This document shows, in pieces, positions 38,949-49,557 of a DNA stretch of 64,000 bases. The stretch is from the NCBI GenBank assembly GCA_963761985.1, contig CAVXIT010000003.1:55237-119236 (forward strand), written 5' to 3'. The notes below the pieces were generated by a model. That model saw nothing but the letters and a program-made list of their open reading frames with translations, did no database searches and had not been told where the DNA came from. This DNA comes from an uncultured Acidimicrobiia bacterium. Its GTDB lineage: Bacteria > Actinomycetota > Acidimicrobiia > Spongiisociales > ZC4RG35. Positions within the stretch are counted from its first letter, which is position 1. Each line of letters starts with the position of its first letter. The position numbers were made by a program, and so were the translations under genes.

Positions 38949-40138
38949 CGACGAAGAACCCACCAACCTGCAAGCACGAATGCAGCAAGCGCGGCCATTG
39001 CCCAGCTGCGACCCAGGCCCAAAACATCGACGATCAAGGCCCACAACAGAGGCCCGACGATGGTGGCGAATCGACCCATGATTGCGTACAGGCCGTAGAA
39101 CTCGCCGATGCGATCGTGGGGGCTGAGTTCGAGCATGAGAACGCGATCGCTTGCCCAGGTTGCGCCGAGCGCGAGCCCCCCGACCACGCCCACAGTCCAA
39201 ACCAGATCAGGTTGATCGAAGGCCGCGGCGAGGATTCCGGAAACGATCGCCAGGGCCCAGGTGAGGAGGACGAGTCGGAGGGTGCGCCGGGCGCCCAGGC
39301 GTTCGACCACGCGACCACCGAGAAGTCCCCCGCCGATCGCTGCCACGATGGCAATCGCCAGGAGGGTGTTGACCGCGCTCGTGGGCAGGCCTAGCTCCGT
39401 GATGACGAATATGGCCAGGAACCCGCCGATGAGGGTGTTGATCGCATCGGTGTACAGGAAACGGCCGACTAAGAACCGCACCATGCCCGGCACCTGCCGA
39501 GCAGCCCGCCACGCGGCCGGCAATCCGATCGGTCTCGATTTGCCTAATGGATTGGTTTCCTTGACCCAGAAAAATATCGGGATCGCGAAGACGACGAACG
39601 CCGCGGCCAGAAGCACGAACACCGTGTCATAGCCACGATCGAAGACGTCGAAAGTGAGACGACCGAGCCCGAGGCCGACAAATGATCCGATGTAGCCGAT
39701 GCCGACTCCGAGGCCGGATACACGCGCCCTCGTCCCGGTGGTGCTCACCGTCGGCAGGAGTGCGTCGTAGAGGGCGGAGCCCAGATTGAAACCGATGAGC
39801 CCCAAGCTCAGAAGAACCAACGATCCGGCTAACGATGGGAAACCAAGCAACGCAGTGGCCGACACTGCGACCGCGGTTGTCGCGGCGAGCCAGGGCAACC
39901 GGCGACCGCTGCGATCGGTTATTCCTCCGAGAAGTGGAGCGAGAAAGATGACCGCGATCCCGGCTCCAGCTTCAGCCAGGGCGAGGGCGCTGTCCCGTCC
40001 GCCCGACTCAGTGAGATACGCCGGAAAGTAGAGGCCAATGACTCCGAGAGCGAAGACAGTGTTGGCGAGGTCGTAGAGGACCCAGCCGGTCGTTGCTCGG
40101 GAGTCCGGACGCTGAAGGGAGCCGCTCGTTTCCGTCAG
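38945..40138 (-). CDS. MFS transporter, UMF1/Atg22-like family; no canonical start codon in the 5' 240 nt
   Basis: The ORF track starts at TTG 39898. The same frame stays open upstream and encodes the family N-terminus 'TTGWVLYDLANTVFALGVIGLYFPAYL...LLGGITDRSGRR'. The only start-like codon is CTG 40138, in a CTGA overlap with the upstream stop. Confidence 0.65.
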   Translation of the reverse strand: MTETSGSLQRPDSRATTGWVLYDLANTVFALGVIGLYFPAYLTESGGRDSALALAEAGAGIAVIFLAPLLGGITDRSGRRLPWLAATTAVAVSATALLGFPSLAGSLVLLSLGLIGFNLGSALYDALLPTVSTTGTRARVSGLGVGIGYIGSFVGLGLGRLTFDVFDRGYDTVFVLLAAAFVVFAIPIFFWVKETNPLGKSRPIGLPAAWRAARQVPGMVRFLVGRFLYTDAINTLIGGFLAIFVITELGLPTSAVNTLLAIAIVAAIGGGLLGGRVVERLGARRTLRLVLLTWALAIVSGILAAAFDQPDLVWTVGVVGGLALGATWASDRVLMLELSPHDRIGEFYGLYAIMGRFATIVGPLLWALIVDVLGLGRSWAMAALAAFVLAGWWVLRR

Positions 40139-41211
40139 AAAGTGACTGCCACCGACAAGAGCTCGTCGTGTCCGAGCATCCCGGCTGCGGCCTGAAGAGC
40201 GCGGTTGCTCTCCGCGAGCGGAAACTGATGCGAGACCAGTTGGTCCATGGAGGCATCTGACGCGATTTGAGCCGAGGCCCAGCGATAGCTCTCGGTCGTG
40301 GCACCCAACGCTCCCCGCAGGGTCAGCTGCTTCGTGACCAACAGGTCGGAGAAAAACTGGACAGGACGGTTGCCTTTCATCGAAGCAAGAACGACGGTGC
40401 CGCCTGAACGAACCAGATCGAGTGCCGTGAACATGGCTTCAGGGTCATCGGAGGTGACATCGACGACGATGTCGGGGCGCGTGCCGAGATGATCCGCCAC
40501 GGCAGCGGGCACGTCTTCGGTGGTGGCGTCGACCGTTAGATGGGCTCCGAGCTTTTGGGCGACGGCCAGTCTGTCATGATCGGTGTCGAGACCGCTGATG
40601 CCCACCCATGAGGCTCCCGCGGCGAGAGCCGCGATGACACACGCAAGGCCGCGCGGGCCCGGGCCGAGCACCATGACGGTTTGGCCGGGCTGTAGCGATG
40701 GCAGTTCTACCGACCAGGTGTAACCCGCGGCGAGGGGGTGGACAAATGTGGCCAGTTCGGCGGAGACGTCATCTGACACCGGGTGCAAACGCGAGCTTGG
40801 ATCGAGATAGAGAAATTCGGCTAGACCTCCCCACAAACCCGGAGGCTCGGTGGAAGGAAGCCGGCCGTAACTGTTCACCGGCGTACGTTGCCTGCAGCCG
40901 CCAATTCCGCTTTGACATCGCCGGCAGACTCCGCAACGCAGATCAGGCTCAACGACGACCCGGGTCCCCACTTCATAAGGGAGCGACTCGTCGGCAACGG
41001 CAATCCTGCCGACGACCTGGTGCCCGAGGACGAGTGGGTAGACGACATCGTTGCGGTCGCCTTTCCAGATCTGGACATCAGCACCGGAGATCCCGGTCGC
41101 CTCGATCGCCAACCATCCACCCTGGTTCATCGATTTGATCGGCAACCGATGGCAGGTCAACTGCCTTGGTTCGACCAGCAACATCGCCTTGGCGAACGAA
41201 GGTGTTTCCAC
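40135..41211 (-). CDS. Zinc-dependent medium-chain alcohol/polyol dehydrogenase
   Basis: 'VLGHQVVGRI', structural Zn 'CGVCRRCQSG', Rossmann 'VLGPGPRGL'. Confidence 0.8.
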   Translation of the reverse strand: METPSFAKAMLLVEPRQLTCHRLPIKSMNQGGWLAIEATGISGADVQIWKGDRNDVVYPLVLGHQVVGRIAVADESLPYEVGTRVVVEPDLRCGVCRRCQSGIGGCRQRTPVNSYGRLPSTEPPGLWGGLAEFLYLDPSSRLHPVSDDVSAELATFVHPLAAGYTWSVELPSLQPGQTVMVLGPGPRGLACVIAALAAGASWVGISGLDTDHDRLAVAQKLGAHLTVDATTEDVPAAVADHLGTRPDIVVDVTSDDPEAMFTALDLVRSGGTVVLASMKGNRPVQFFSDLLVTKQLTLRGALGATTESYRWASAQIASDASMDQLVSHQFPLAESNRALQAAAGMLGHDELLSVAVTF

Positions 41212-41249
41212 TGCCTGTCGAGTGTATAGGTGCCTTTGAGAGGCTCCAG

Positions 41250-42428
41250 CTAGGGTCGACTGGCCAGCGCTTTCGACATGCGTTCCATCGCAATTTCAAG
41301 GTCTTCGTCGGCCAGGGCATAGGAAAGACGGGCGTAACCGTCCAGTCCGAACGCTTCGCCCGGAACGATCGCTACGTCCGCCTCCTCCAGTAGGAAGGAG
41401 GCAGCCGCCATCGAAGATTCGAAGCCATCTACCTGTGGGAAGGTGTAAAACGCCCCCTCCGGTTCGAGGCACTCGACCCCGTTCATCTGGTTGAGCCAGC
41501 CCACCATCGCTTGTCGTCTCTTGTCGAAGGCATTGCGCATTTCTTCGATCGGCTCGCGAGGACCGGTGAGCGCGGCAAGGGCCGCTTGCTGGGCGATGTT
41601 GTTGACGTTTGAAGTGAGGTGGGACTGGTGATTGGAAGCGGCCTTAATCACGTCGTTCGGGCCAACCAGCCATCCCACCCGCCACCCGGTCATGGCGAAA
41701 GTCTTCGCGACTCCGTTGACGATCAAGCACCGATCAACGAGCTCAGGAACGGCCGCGATCGAGGGAGCAGAGGCCAGGCCGTTGTAGATCAAGCGCTGAT
41801 AGATGTCGTCGGTGAGCACCCACACTCCTCGTTCAGCTGCCCAGCGCCCGATTGCCCCGACCTCGGCGGCGGTGTAGACCGCCCCGGTCGGGTTGGACGG
41901 AGAGACGAAGATGAGCGCTTTGGTGCGTTCGTTGGTTGCCCGGTCCAGTTGCTCGATCGAAACCTTGAATCCTCCGGCGGCATCGGTTTTGATCGCGACC
42001 GGGGTGGCACCGGCTAACTGACTCGCCTCGGGATAAGTGACCCAGTAGGGGGCAGGAACGAGCACTTCGTCGCCGGCGTCGAGGATCGCCGCCAAGCCGA
42101 GATAGACGGCTTGTTTGGCGCCGTTGGTGATCAACGTTTGAGTGGCGTCGACGGACGAGCCCGAAAATTCGTTGGTGTACTGAGCCACCGCCTCGCGCAA
42201 CGGAGGCAGCCCGTTGTTGGGGGTGTAGTGGTGGTTGGCGGGGTCGAGCGCCGCCTGGCGCGCAGCCTCGACGATGTGTGGCGGCGTGGGGAAGTCGGGT
42301 TCACCTGCTCCCAGACTGATCGTGGGACGGCCGGCGGCTTTCAGCTGACGGGCGCGTTCGGTGATTGCCATCGTCGACGACTCGGCGATGCTTCCGACCC
42401 TCTTCGAAACGCGTTCGGAAACGGGCAC
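41250..42428 (-). CDS. aspC: PLP-dependent aminotransferase class I (aspartate aminotransferase-like)
   Basis: 'LGAGEPDFPTP', 'YTPNNGLPPLREA', 'SPSNPTGAVY', 'NGVAKTFAMTGWRVGW'. GTG start at 42428. Confidence 0.85.
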   Translation of the reverse strand: MPVSERVSKRVGSIAESSTMAITERARQLKAAGRPTISLGAGEPDFPTPPHIVEAARQAALDPANHHYTPNNGLPPLREAVAQYTNEFSGSSVDATQTLITNGAKQAVYLGLAAILDAGDEVLVPAPYWVTYPEASQLAGATPVAIKTDAAGGFKVSIEQLDRATNERTKALIFVSPSNPTGAVYTAAEVGAIGRWAAERGVWVLTDDIYQRLIYNGLASAPSIAAVPELVDRCLIVNGVAKTFAMTGWRVGWLVGPNDVIKAASNHQSHLTSNVNNIAQQAALAALTGPREPIEEMRNAFDKRRQAMVGWLNQMNGVECLEPEGAFYTFPQVDGFESSMAAASFLLEEADVAIVPGEAFGLDGYARLSYALADEDLEIAMERMSKALASRP

Positions 42429-42447
42429 CTAGGTACCTTAAGAGACG

Positions 42448-42503
42448 AGGGGTCAGGTGTCAGGTGTCAGGTGTCAGATCTGACCCCTGATCTCTGATCT
42501 CTA
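42448..42503. repeat. Heptad-phased TCAG/CTGA palindromic element (site D)
   Basis: 'gaggggTCAGgtgTCAGgtgTCAGgtgTCAGA|TCTGAcccCTGAtctCTGAtctCTAG', centred on AGATCT. It lies between the LEA-like stop and the aspC start. Confidence 0.7.
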
Positions 42504-42884
42504 GGTCCCCTTGACCTCGTCGATGCCTTCTTGAGCCACTTCCTTCACGTCGGAGGCGGCTTCTTTGGCCGCTCCTTTGACGTCGGAGGCTGCTTCCTTG
42601 GCAGTGTCCTTGACGTCGCTCGCGCCTTCCTTGGCCGCATCGGCTACGTCAGCCGCTGCTTCGCCGGGAGTGGAGGAGCGCATGTCGCTTACCTTTTCCT
42701 TGCCCTTCTCCCAGGCGTCCTCGGCTGCGTCCTTGACCTTCTCCATCACCGGCCCAGCCTTTTCGACGCCTTCCTTGGCAACGTCCTTCGCCTTCTCGAC
42801 GAGCGGCCCGGCTTTCTCGACTGCGTCTTCGGCTAGCTCTTTGCCCTTCTCGACCATCCCTTTCAAAGTGTCTTTGATCGACAC
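42501..42884 (-). CDS. LEA-like / stress-type repeat protein (Lys/Glu/Ala-rich, 11-mer repeats)
   Basis: 'DVKDTAKEAAS DVKGAAKEAAS DVKEVAQEGID' and 'VEKAGPLVEKAKDVAKEGVEKAGPVMEKVKDAAEDA'. Confidence 0.55.
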   Translation of the reverse strand: MSIKDTLKGMVEKGKELAEDAVEKAGPLVEKAKDVAKEGVEKAGPVMEKVKDAAEDAWEKGKEKVSDMRSSTPGEAAADVADAAKEGASDVKDTAKEAASDVKGAAKEAASDVKEVAQEGIDEVKGT

Positions 42885-42932
42885 GGCACCCTCCTTTGGT
42901 GAACGTATTGCTGAACCTAGCGAGATCCGTGG

Positions 42933-43706
42933 CTACGGGTAGCGGTAGCGGGACAGGATGCGGCCGAAGGGATCGAGGAGCAACGCCGTATCACCATCGT
43001 TGTTCCAGACGGGGCCGTCGTTACACCAGGTCAGTCGATCGTCCGGCGCATCGGAACATCCACTTGTCACTGTTATCGATGCTCTACTCGCGATCTCTTG
43101 GGAGGAAAAGGTGAAACGGTTGACCGACGACTCGTCGCGTATCTGGAAGCCACTCAATTCAATGGGCTCCGCGCCGGTGTTGGTAATAACGATGATTTCC
43201 TGGTCATCAGATCCAGCAGGGTTGTAGACGACATCGGTGATCACCAACCTCGCCAGCGGACCGTCTGCGCCGCATATATCCGTTCCCCACAAACCTTGCT
43301 TGTTTTCTCTCGCGTCATTCTCGGCTTCTTGGATCTCGGGCGGACTAGCGCTCAGGGCAAGGGCGTGACCGCTTCTGACCAGGTCGAGGTTGATGAAGCG
43401 GCCGTCGTGGAAGACGTCGGCGACGCTGCGATCGAATTGATCGAGGCCGACGATTTCGAATCGAATCTCTTCACCCTCAATTTCGTTTGCCAACCAATCG
43501 CGGCTTTCGGCTCCAAAGCACTCGTCCTGCTCCGGGGCATTCACGCCCGCCAGTCGCACCTCAAAGACATCCGCTCGAAAGCTGTCACCGTCAGCAATGG
43601 AATCGACTGTGGCAATAAAACCGACAACCGGAGCAGCAGTCGTAGTGACGGATGGCGCCGAAGCGCAGGCGCACAACACCAGCCATACGACACTGCGTCG
43701 ATTCAT
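42933..43706 (-). CDS. Secreted thermonuclease (SNase-like) fused to a lamin-tail domain
   Basis: ATG 43706 (ATGA overlap with the upstream stop). Signal 'MNRRSVVWLVLCACAS'. SNase part 'DGDSFRADVFEVRLAGVNAPE'. LTD part 'ITDVVYNPAGSDDQEIIVITNTGAEPIELSGFQIRDES'. Confidence 0.75.
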   Translation of the reverse strand: MNRRSVVWLVLCACASAPSVTTTAAPVVGFIATVDSIADGDSFRADVFEVRLAGVNAPEQDECFGAESRDWLANEIEGEEIRFEIVGLDQFDRSVADVFHDGRFINLDLVRSGHALALSASPPEIQEAENDARENKQGLWGTDICGADGPLARLVITDVVYNPAGSDDQEIIVITNTGAEPIELSGFQIRDESSVNRFTFSSQEIASRASITVTSGCSDAPDDRLTWCNDGPVWNNDGDTALLLDPFGRILSRYRYP

Positions 43707-45046
43707 GGCAAGGCTTGGGCAGCGCGCCGGGCGGCGATGTGGATGAGGTCCCATACTCCGGAGAAGGGCGGGGCATATGCGAAATCGATCCAGGCCAGTT
43801 CCTCTACTCCGATCTCTGCCCAGAGAGCCATCGCCAGCGCATCGATCTTCTTGCCCGAACCAGGGCCTCCGATGATTTGGGCGCCGAGCAAGCGACCGCT
43901 GGTGGCATCGGCGATGACCTTGAGCTCGACCGGGGCCGCATTGGGCCAATAGCCGGCGGTGTTGGTCCCGGCGACCTTTCCAGATACAACTTCAAAACCA
44001 GCTGCTTCGGCTTGGAGCGAAGTGAGGCCAGTCCGAGCCAGCTCGACCTCACCGACCTTGGTGATCGCCGTGCCGAGGACACCGGCGAACTTCGCCTTCT
44101 CTTTCCCATTGATGATTGCGCCGATGTTGGTCCCGGCGATACGACCGGCTTTGTTGGCAACCGTGCCGAGAGCGACATTGACCTGACGCCCGCTCACCCG
44201 ATGCGTAGCCTCGGCGCAATCTCCAGCCGACCAAACCCCTTCGATATTCGTTTCCTGGAATTCGTTGACCGCCACCGCGCCGGATTCGCCAAGAGCGATT
44301 CCAGCTTCATCGGCGAGGGCGCACTCGGGGCGAGTGCCGAGCCCAAGGACGATTAGCTCGGCCGGAATCATGTCATGTTCGGTGGAGACTCCTTCGGACG
44401 ACACCGCAACGACCGGAGCGGACACGCGCAGGTCAATCCCGAGCCGCCGAACAGCCTCGTTGGCCTGCTCGCCCATGTCGGGGTCGATGGTCCGTGACAG
44501 GACATGCGTGCCACGGGTAACCAAAGACACGTTGATGCCGCGATGAACGAGAGCCTCGGCAGCCTCCAAACCGATGTAGCCGCCACCAACGACGGCCGCG
44601 CGCTTGACCCCGTCGTCCACCACATCGCGCAGATGAGCGGCGTCGTCCAACGAACGCAAACCGTATGCCCCGGCAACTCCGGCGATCGTGTCGGGACGCG
44701 CCGGGTTGGCGCCGGTCGAATACATGAGGTAGTCGAAGCCGATCCGCGTCCGCTCGTCATCTTTCTCAACAACAACTGATCGCCGTTCGAAGTCGATGGC
44801 GCGTACGGTCGTCTGCAGTTGCACCTCGATGTCCCTTGCGGCGAACTCGGCGGGAGTGCGCGCCACCAACCTGTCGATCGAGGAGACCTCGCCTCCGACG
44901 AGGTAGGGCTCACCACACGCCGAGTAGCTGACGTGGTTCCCGCGTTCGAAAGCGATCACCTCTAAGCCGGGGGCCAAACGCTTGGCCTGGCTGGCGGCGG
45001 ACATGCCGGCGGCATCTCCGCCAACGATCACCAGGCGTTCGGTCAT
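43703..45046 (-). CDS. FAD-dependent pyridine nucleotide-disulfide oxidoreductase (CoA-disulfide reductase / NADH oxidase type)
   Basis: 'LVIVGGDAAGMSAASQAKR', single redox Cys 'SYSACGEPY', second Rossmann 'AAVVGGGYIGLE'. Confidence 0.8.
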   Translation of the reverse strand: MTERLVIVGGDAAGMSAASQAKRLAPGLEVIAFERGNHVSYSACGEPYLVGGEVSSIDRLVARTPAEFAARDIEVQLQTTVRAIDFERRSVVVEKDDERTRIGFDYLMYSTGANPARPDTIAGVAGAYGLRSLDDAAHLRDVVDDGVKRAAVVGGGYIGLEAAEALVHRGINVSLVTRGTHVLSRTIDPDMGEQANEAVRRLGIDLRVSAPVVAVSSEGVSTEHDMIPAELIVLGLGTRPECALADEAGIALGESGAVAVNEFQETNIEGVWSAGDCAEATHRVSGRQVNVALGTVANKAGRIAGTNIGAIINGKEKAKFAGVLGTAITKVGEVELARTGLTSLQAEAAGFEVVSGKVAGTNTAGYWPNAAPVELKVIADATSGRLLGAQIIGGPGSGKKIDALAMALWAEIGVEELAWIDFAYAPPFSGVWDLIHIAARRAAQALP

Positions 45047-46407
45047 CCGCCGTTCGGCAATCCGCCTGAGTCAGCGCCGGCCTGGGCAAATGGGCCTTCG
45101 AACCTCCAGTTGTTCTTGGCCTGGCGAGCCTTCTCGACGTCGACGAAAGCGAGGAGGATGAATCCGAGGACAAAGAGGACGATCAAAGAGAGGATCGCCT
45201 TTCGGCTACTGCCTGTGACCTGGTTGACGATTCCGAAGAGGAGCGGTCCCCAGATGGCGGCGAATTTCGAGAACACCGAGTAGAAGCCATAGAACTCGGC
45301 CGAGGCCTCCTCGGGAATCATTGATCCATAGAGGCTGCGCGACAGCGCCTGGGTCGCACCAAGCACCAGCCCAACCGACGCGGCGAGACCAAGGAACGGC
45401 AGGAACTGGCCGTCCGGGAGGCGATAGCCGAGCACCGACACCCCGATCCAGAGCACGAGCGAGATGAGAATCGCCCGCTTGGGACCAATCCTTCCGGCGA
45501 TCCAACCGAAAGTCAAAGCCCCGACGAAAGCCACGGCCTGGACCACCAGGAATGCAATGGCGACATCGGCCGTCTCCAGACCGAGGGTCTCGGTGGCAAA
45601 GGCCGAAGAGATGGCGATGACCGTTTGGACGCCGTCGTTGTAGAGCAAGAAGGCGAGGAGAAATAGGAGCAAATGGGGAAATTTGCGCAAGCGTCGGATC
45701 GTGTTGATGGTGCGGCCGAATCCGATACGAACGTACTTGGAGATCCGGCTGCCTCCCTGGAAAGGAAGACTCTGCGGCTCTCCCGGTTCGCTCAGGCGAC
45801 GAAACGAGAAAATCGCGAACCCGAGCCACCAAAGCCCGGCGAACACGATGGCGATGCGAGCCGCGGTGGCGGCGAAGCTGTCCGGACTGAACTGAATCAG
45901 GATTAATGAAAGAAGGAACTGCAGACCGCCGCCGAGATAGCCGAACGCAAAACCCTTCGACGAGACCCGGTCGATAGTGTCGTCGGTGGTCAAGTGCGGG
46001 AGCAGGCTGTCGTAGAAGACGGCCGCGATGGCCCAGCAGGTTTCGACGACCAGGAAGAGAATCACGGTCGGCCAAACCGCACCCGGGCCGACGAACGCAA
46101 AACCGATCGAGAGGACCGCGCCGCTGTAGGCGAAGACCCGCAGGAAGCGAAGCTTCGACGCGGCGAAGTCACCGATCGCACCCATCACGGGGGAAAGAAC
46201 AAACGCGATGATCGCCGCGGCGCTCACCATGAAGCTGAACATCGACTCTCCGTCGACCAATCGGCCGAAAAGCGGGACGCCACCCTCGGGCATGATCTCG
46301 CCGGTGAAGATCGCAGGGAGCAAAACCGCGAGCGTGGTGGTCGTGTATGCCGAATTTGCCCAGTCATACATCGCCCAGCCGAAGATCGAACGGCGGTCGT
46401 TTCGCAT
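45043..46407 (-). CDS. MFS transporter, UMF1/Atg22-like family (second copy)
   Basis: From ATG 46407: 'MRNDRRSIFGWAMYDWANSAYTTTT'. About 12 TM spans. ATGA overlap with the downstream reductase. Confidence 0.8.
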   Translation of the reverse strand: MRNDRRSIFGWAMYDWANSAYTTTTLAVLLPAIFTGEIMPEGGVPLFGRLVDGESMFSFMVSAAAIIAFVLSPVMGAIGDFAASKLRFLRVFAYSGAVLSIGFAFVGPGAVWPTVILFLVVETCWAIAAVFYDSLLPHLTTDDTIDRVSSKGFAFGYLGGGLQFLLSLILIQFSPDSFAATAARIAIVFAGLWWLGFAIFSFRRLSEPGEPQSLPFQGGSRISKYVRIGFGRTINTIRRLRKFPHLLLFLLAFLLYNDGVQTVIAISSAFATETLGLETADVAIAFLVVQAVAFVGALTFGWIAGRIGPKRAILISLVLWIGVSVLGYRLPDGQFLPFLGLAASVGLVLGATQALSRSLYGSMIPEEASAEFYGFYSVFSKFAAIWGPLLFGIVNQVTGSSRKAILSLIVLFVLGFILLAFVDVEKARQAKNNWRFEGPFAQAGADSGGLPNGG

Positions 46408-46459
46408 GCGGCCGCCGACTTTACGGTGGATACCTATCGGGCCGGGGTAGGTTGAGCCG

Positions 46460-47683
46460 ATGCCCAGGTCCAGATGGTTGTTCGGCGCGCTCCTATTGCT
46501 CACCGCGTGCTCGGGCGGAGGGGAGCTGGCGACCTCCACGCTGGCCGATTCGACGACGTCGACGTCGGCGGTCGCTCATTCGACGACCTCGACTGCCGCG
46601 ACGACGACCGCATCGACTGCCGCGGCCACCACCAGCGTCGCGTTGCCAACGTTGCAGGCCCTCACCTACACCGAGCTTGCGTCTGGTCTCCCCTTCCCAA
46701 CGATGATCAGCGCCCGCCCCTCCGATGGCGAGCTGTTCTTCTCCACGAAGGATGGACAGGTGTGGATGTTCGAGGGCACCGAGCCGCGACCGGTGCTCGA
46801 CATCAGCGACCTGGTGACCAACAGCGGTGAACAGGGGCTCTTGGGGATGGCCTGGCACCCAAGCGATGCCTCGCGGCTCTTTCTCCATTACTCCGACGAC
46901 AACGGCGACACAACGATCGTCGAGTACACCGATCTCGATCCGAATAGCGCACGCTTGTTGCTCAGCGTTTCCCAGCCGGCGGCCAATCACAACGGCGGAA
47001 CGATCGAGTTTGGCCCCGACGGCTATCTCTGGATCGCCCTCGGTGACGGTGGTGGCGGCGGCGACACCTTTCGGACCGGGCAAACGACCGATGATCTGCT
47101 GGCGAGCCTCCTTCGCATCGATGTCGATGCGGGAGACCCGTACGGCATTCCGCCCGATAACCCCTACGTCGACGGGGGCGGATCGCCCGAAGTCTGGGCC
47201 ATTGGTCTGCGCAACCCTTGGCGGATCGCTTTCGACGAGGGCCTCGTTTATATCGGCGACGTCGGCCAGAACGCCTTCGAGGAAATCAATGTGGCCCCGG
47301 CGACGGCTCCGGGGCTCAACTATGGCTGGAATATCACCGAAGGATTTCACTGCTTCGAGCCGGCCGAAGGCTGCGACACGGGTGGTCAAACGCTGCCTGT
47401 GGTCGAGGTTTCACACTCCGATGCCGGTACCTGTTCGATCACGGGAGGTGTCGTCTATCGAGGCACCGCGATCCCCGAACTGACCGGTCATTACTTTTAC
47501 TCCGACTACTGCGGCGGATGGTTGCGGAGCTTTCGCTGGGATGGGGCCGCGGCCACCGAGCCCCAGGACTGGACGGAACAAGTGGGCACGCCTGGTGGGG
47601 TCGTCTCGTTTGGCCTTGACGCTGCCGGCGAGGTCTTCGTCCTCACCGACGAGGCGATCTTCCGCATCGACGCGATCCGTTAG
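46460..47683 (+). CDS. PQQ-dependent sugar (glucose/sorbosone) dehydrogenase-like beta-propeller lipoprotein
   Basis: Lipobox 'LLLLTACSGG', 'HNGGTIEFGPDGYLWIALGDGGGGGD', 'GLRNPWRIAFD'. Confidence 0.8.
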   Translation: MPRSRWLFGALLLLTACSGGGELATSTLADSTTSTSAVAHSTTSTAATTTASTAAATTSVALPTLQALTYTELASGLPFPTMISARPSDGELFFSTKDGQVWMFEGTEPRPVLDISDLVTNSGEQGLLGMAWHPSDASRLFLHYSDDNGDTTIVEYTDLDPNSARLLLSVSQPAANHNGGTIEFGPDGYLWIALGDGGGGGDTFRTGQTTDDLLASLLRIDVDAGDPYGIPPDNPYVDGGGSPEVWAIGLRNPWRIAFDEGLVYIGDVGQNAFEEINVAPATAPGLNYGWNITEGFHCFEPAEGCDTGGQTLPVVEVSHSDAGTCSITGGVVYRGTAIPELTGHYFYSDYCGGWLRSFRWDGAAATEPQDWTEQVGTPGGVVSFGLDAAGEVFVLTDEAIFRIDAIR

Positions 47684-47697
47684 GGCTACCCGTGTTT

Positions 47698-47714
47698 CTC
47701 CCCCGAAGGGGGAG
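47698..47714 (+). terminator. Short GC hairpin after the dehydrogenase gene
   Basis: 'CTCCCCC-GAA-GGGGGAG'. No U-tract follows. Confidence 0.3.
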
Positions 47715-47860
47715 TGGATGCCGACGAAGGAGGCAGACGAGGTGGGGCCGCGTCCGACGGGCAAGAAAACGCTCCCCACCCCTCGCTGCGCTCGGGTACT
47801 CCCCCCTCCGGGGAAAACCTCTGTCAGGTTTCTGTCGACCCTACCTTTAACCTCGGTGGG

Positions 47861-49552
<1,692 letters not shown>

Positions 49553-49557
49553 GCCCA

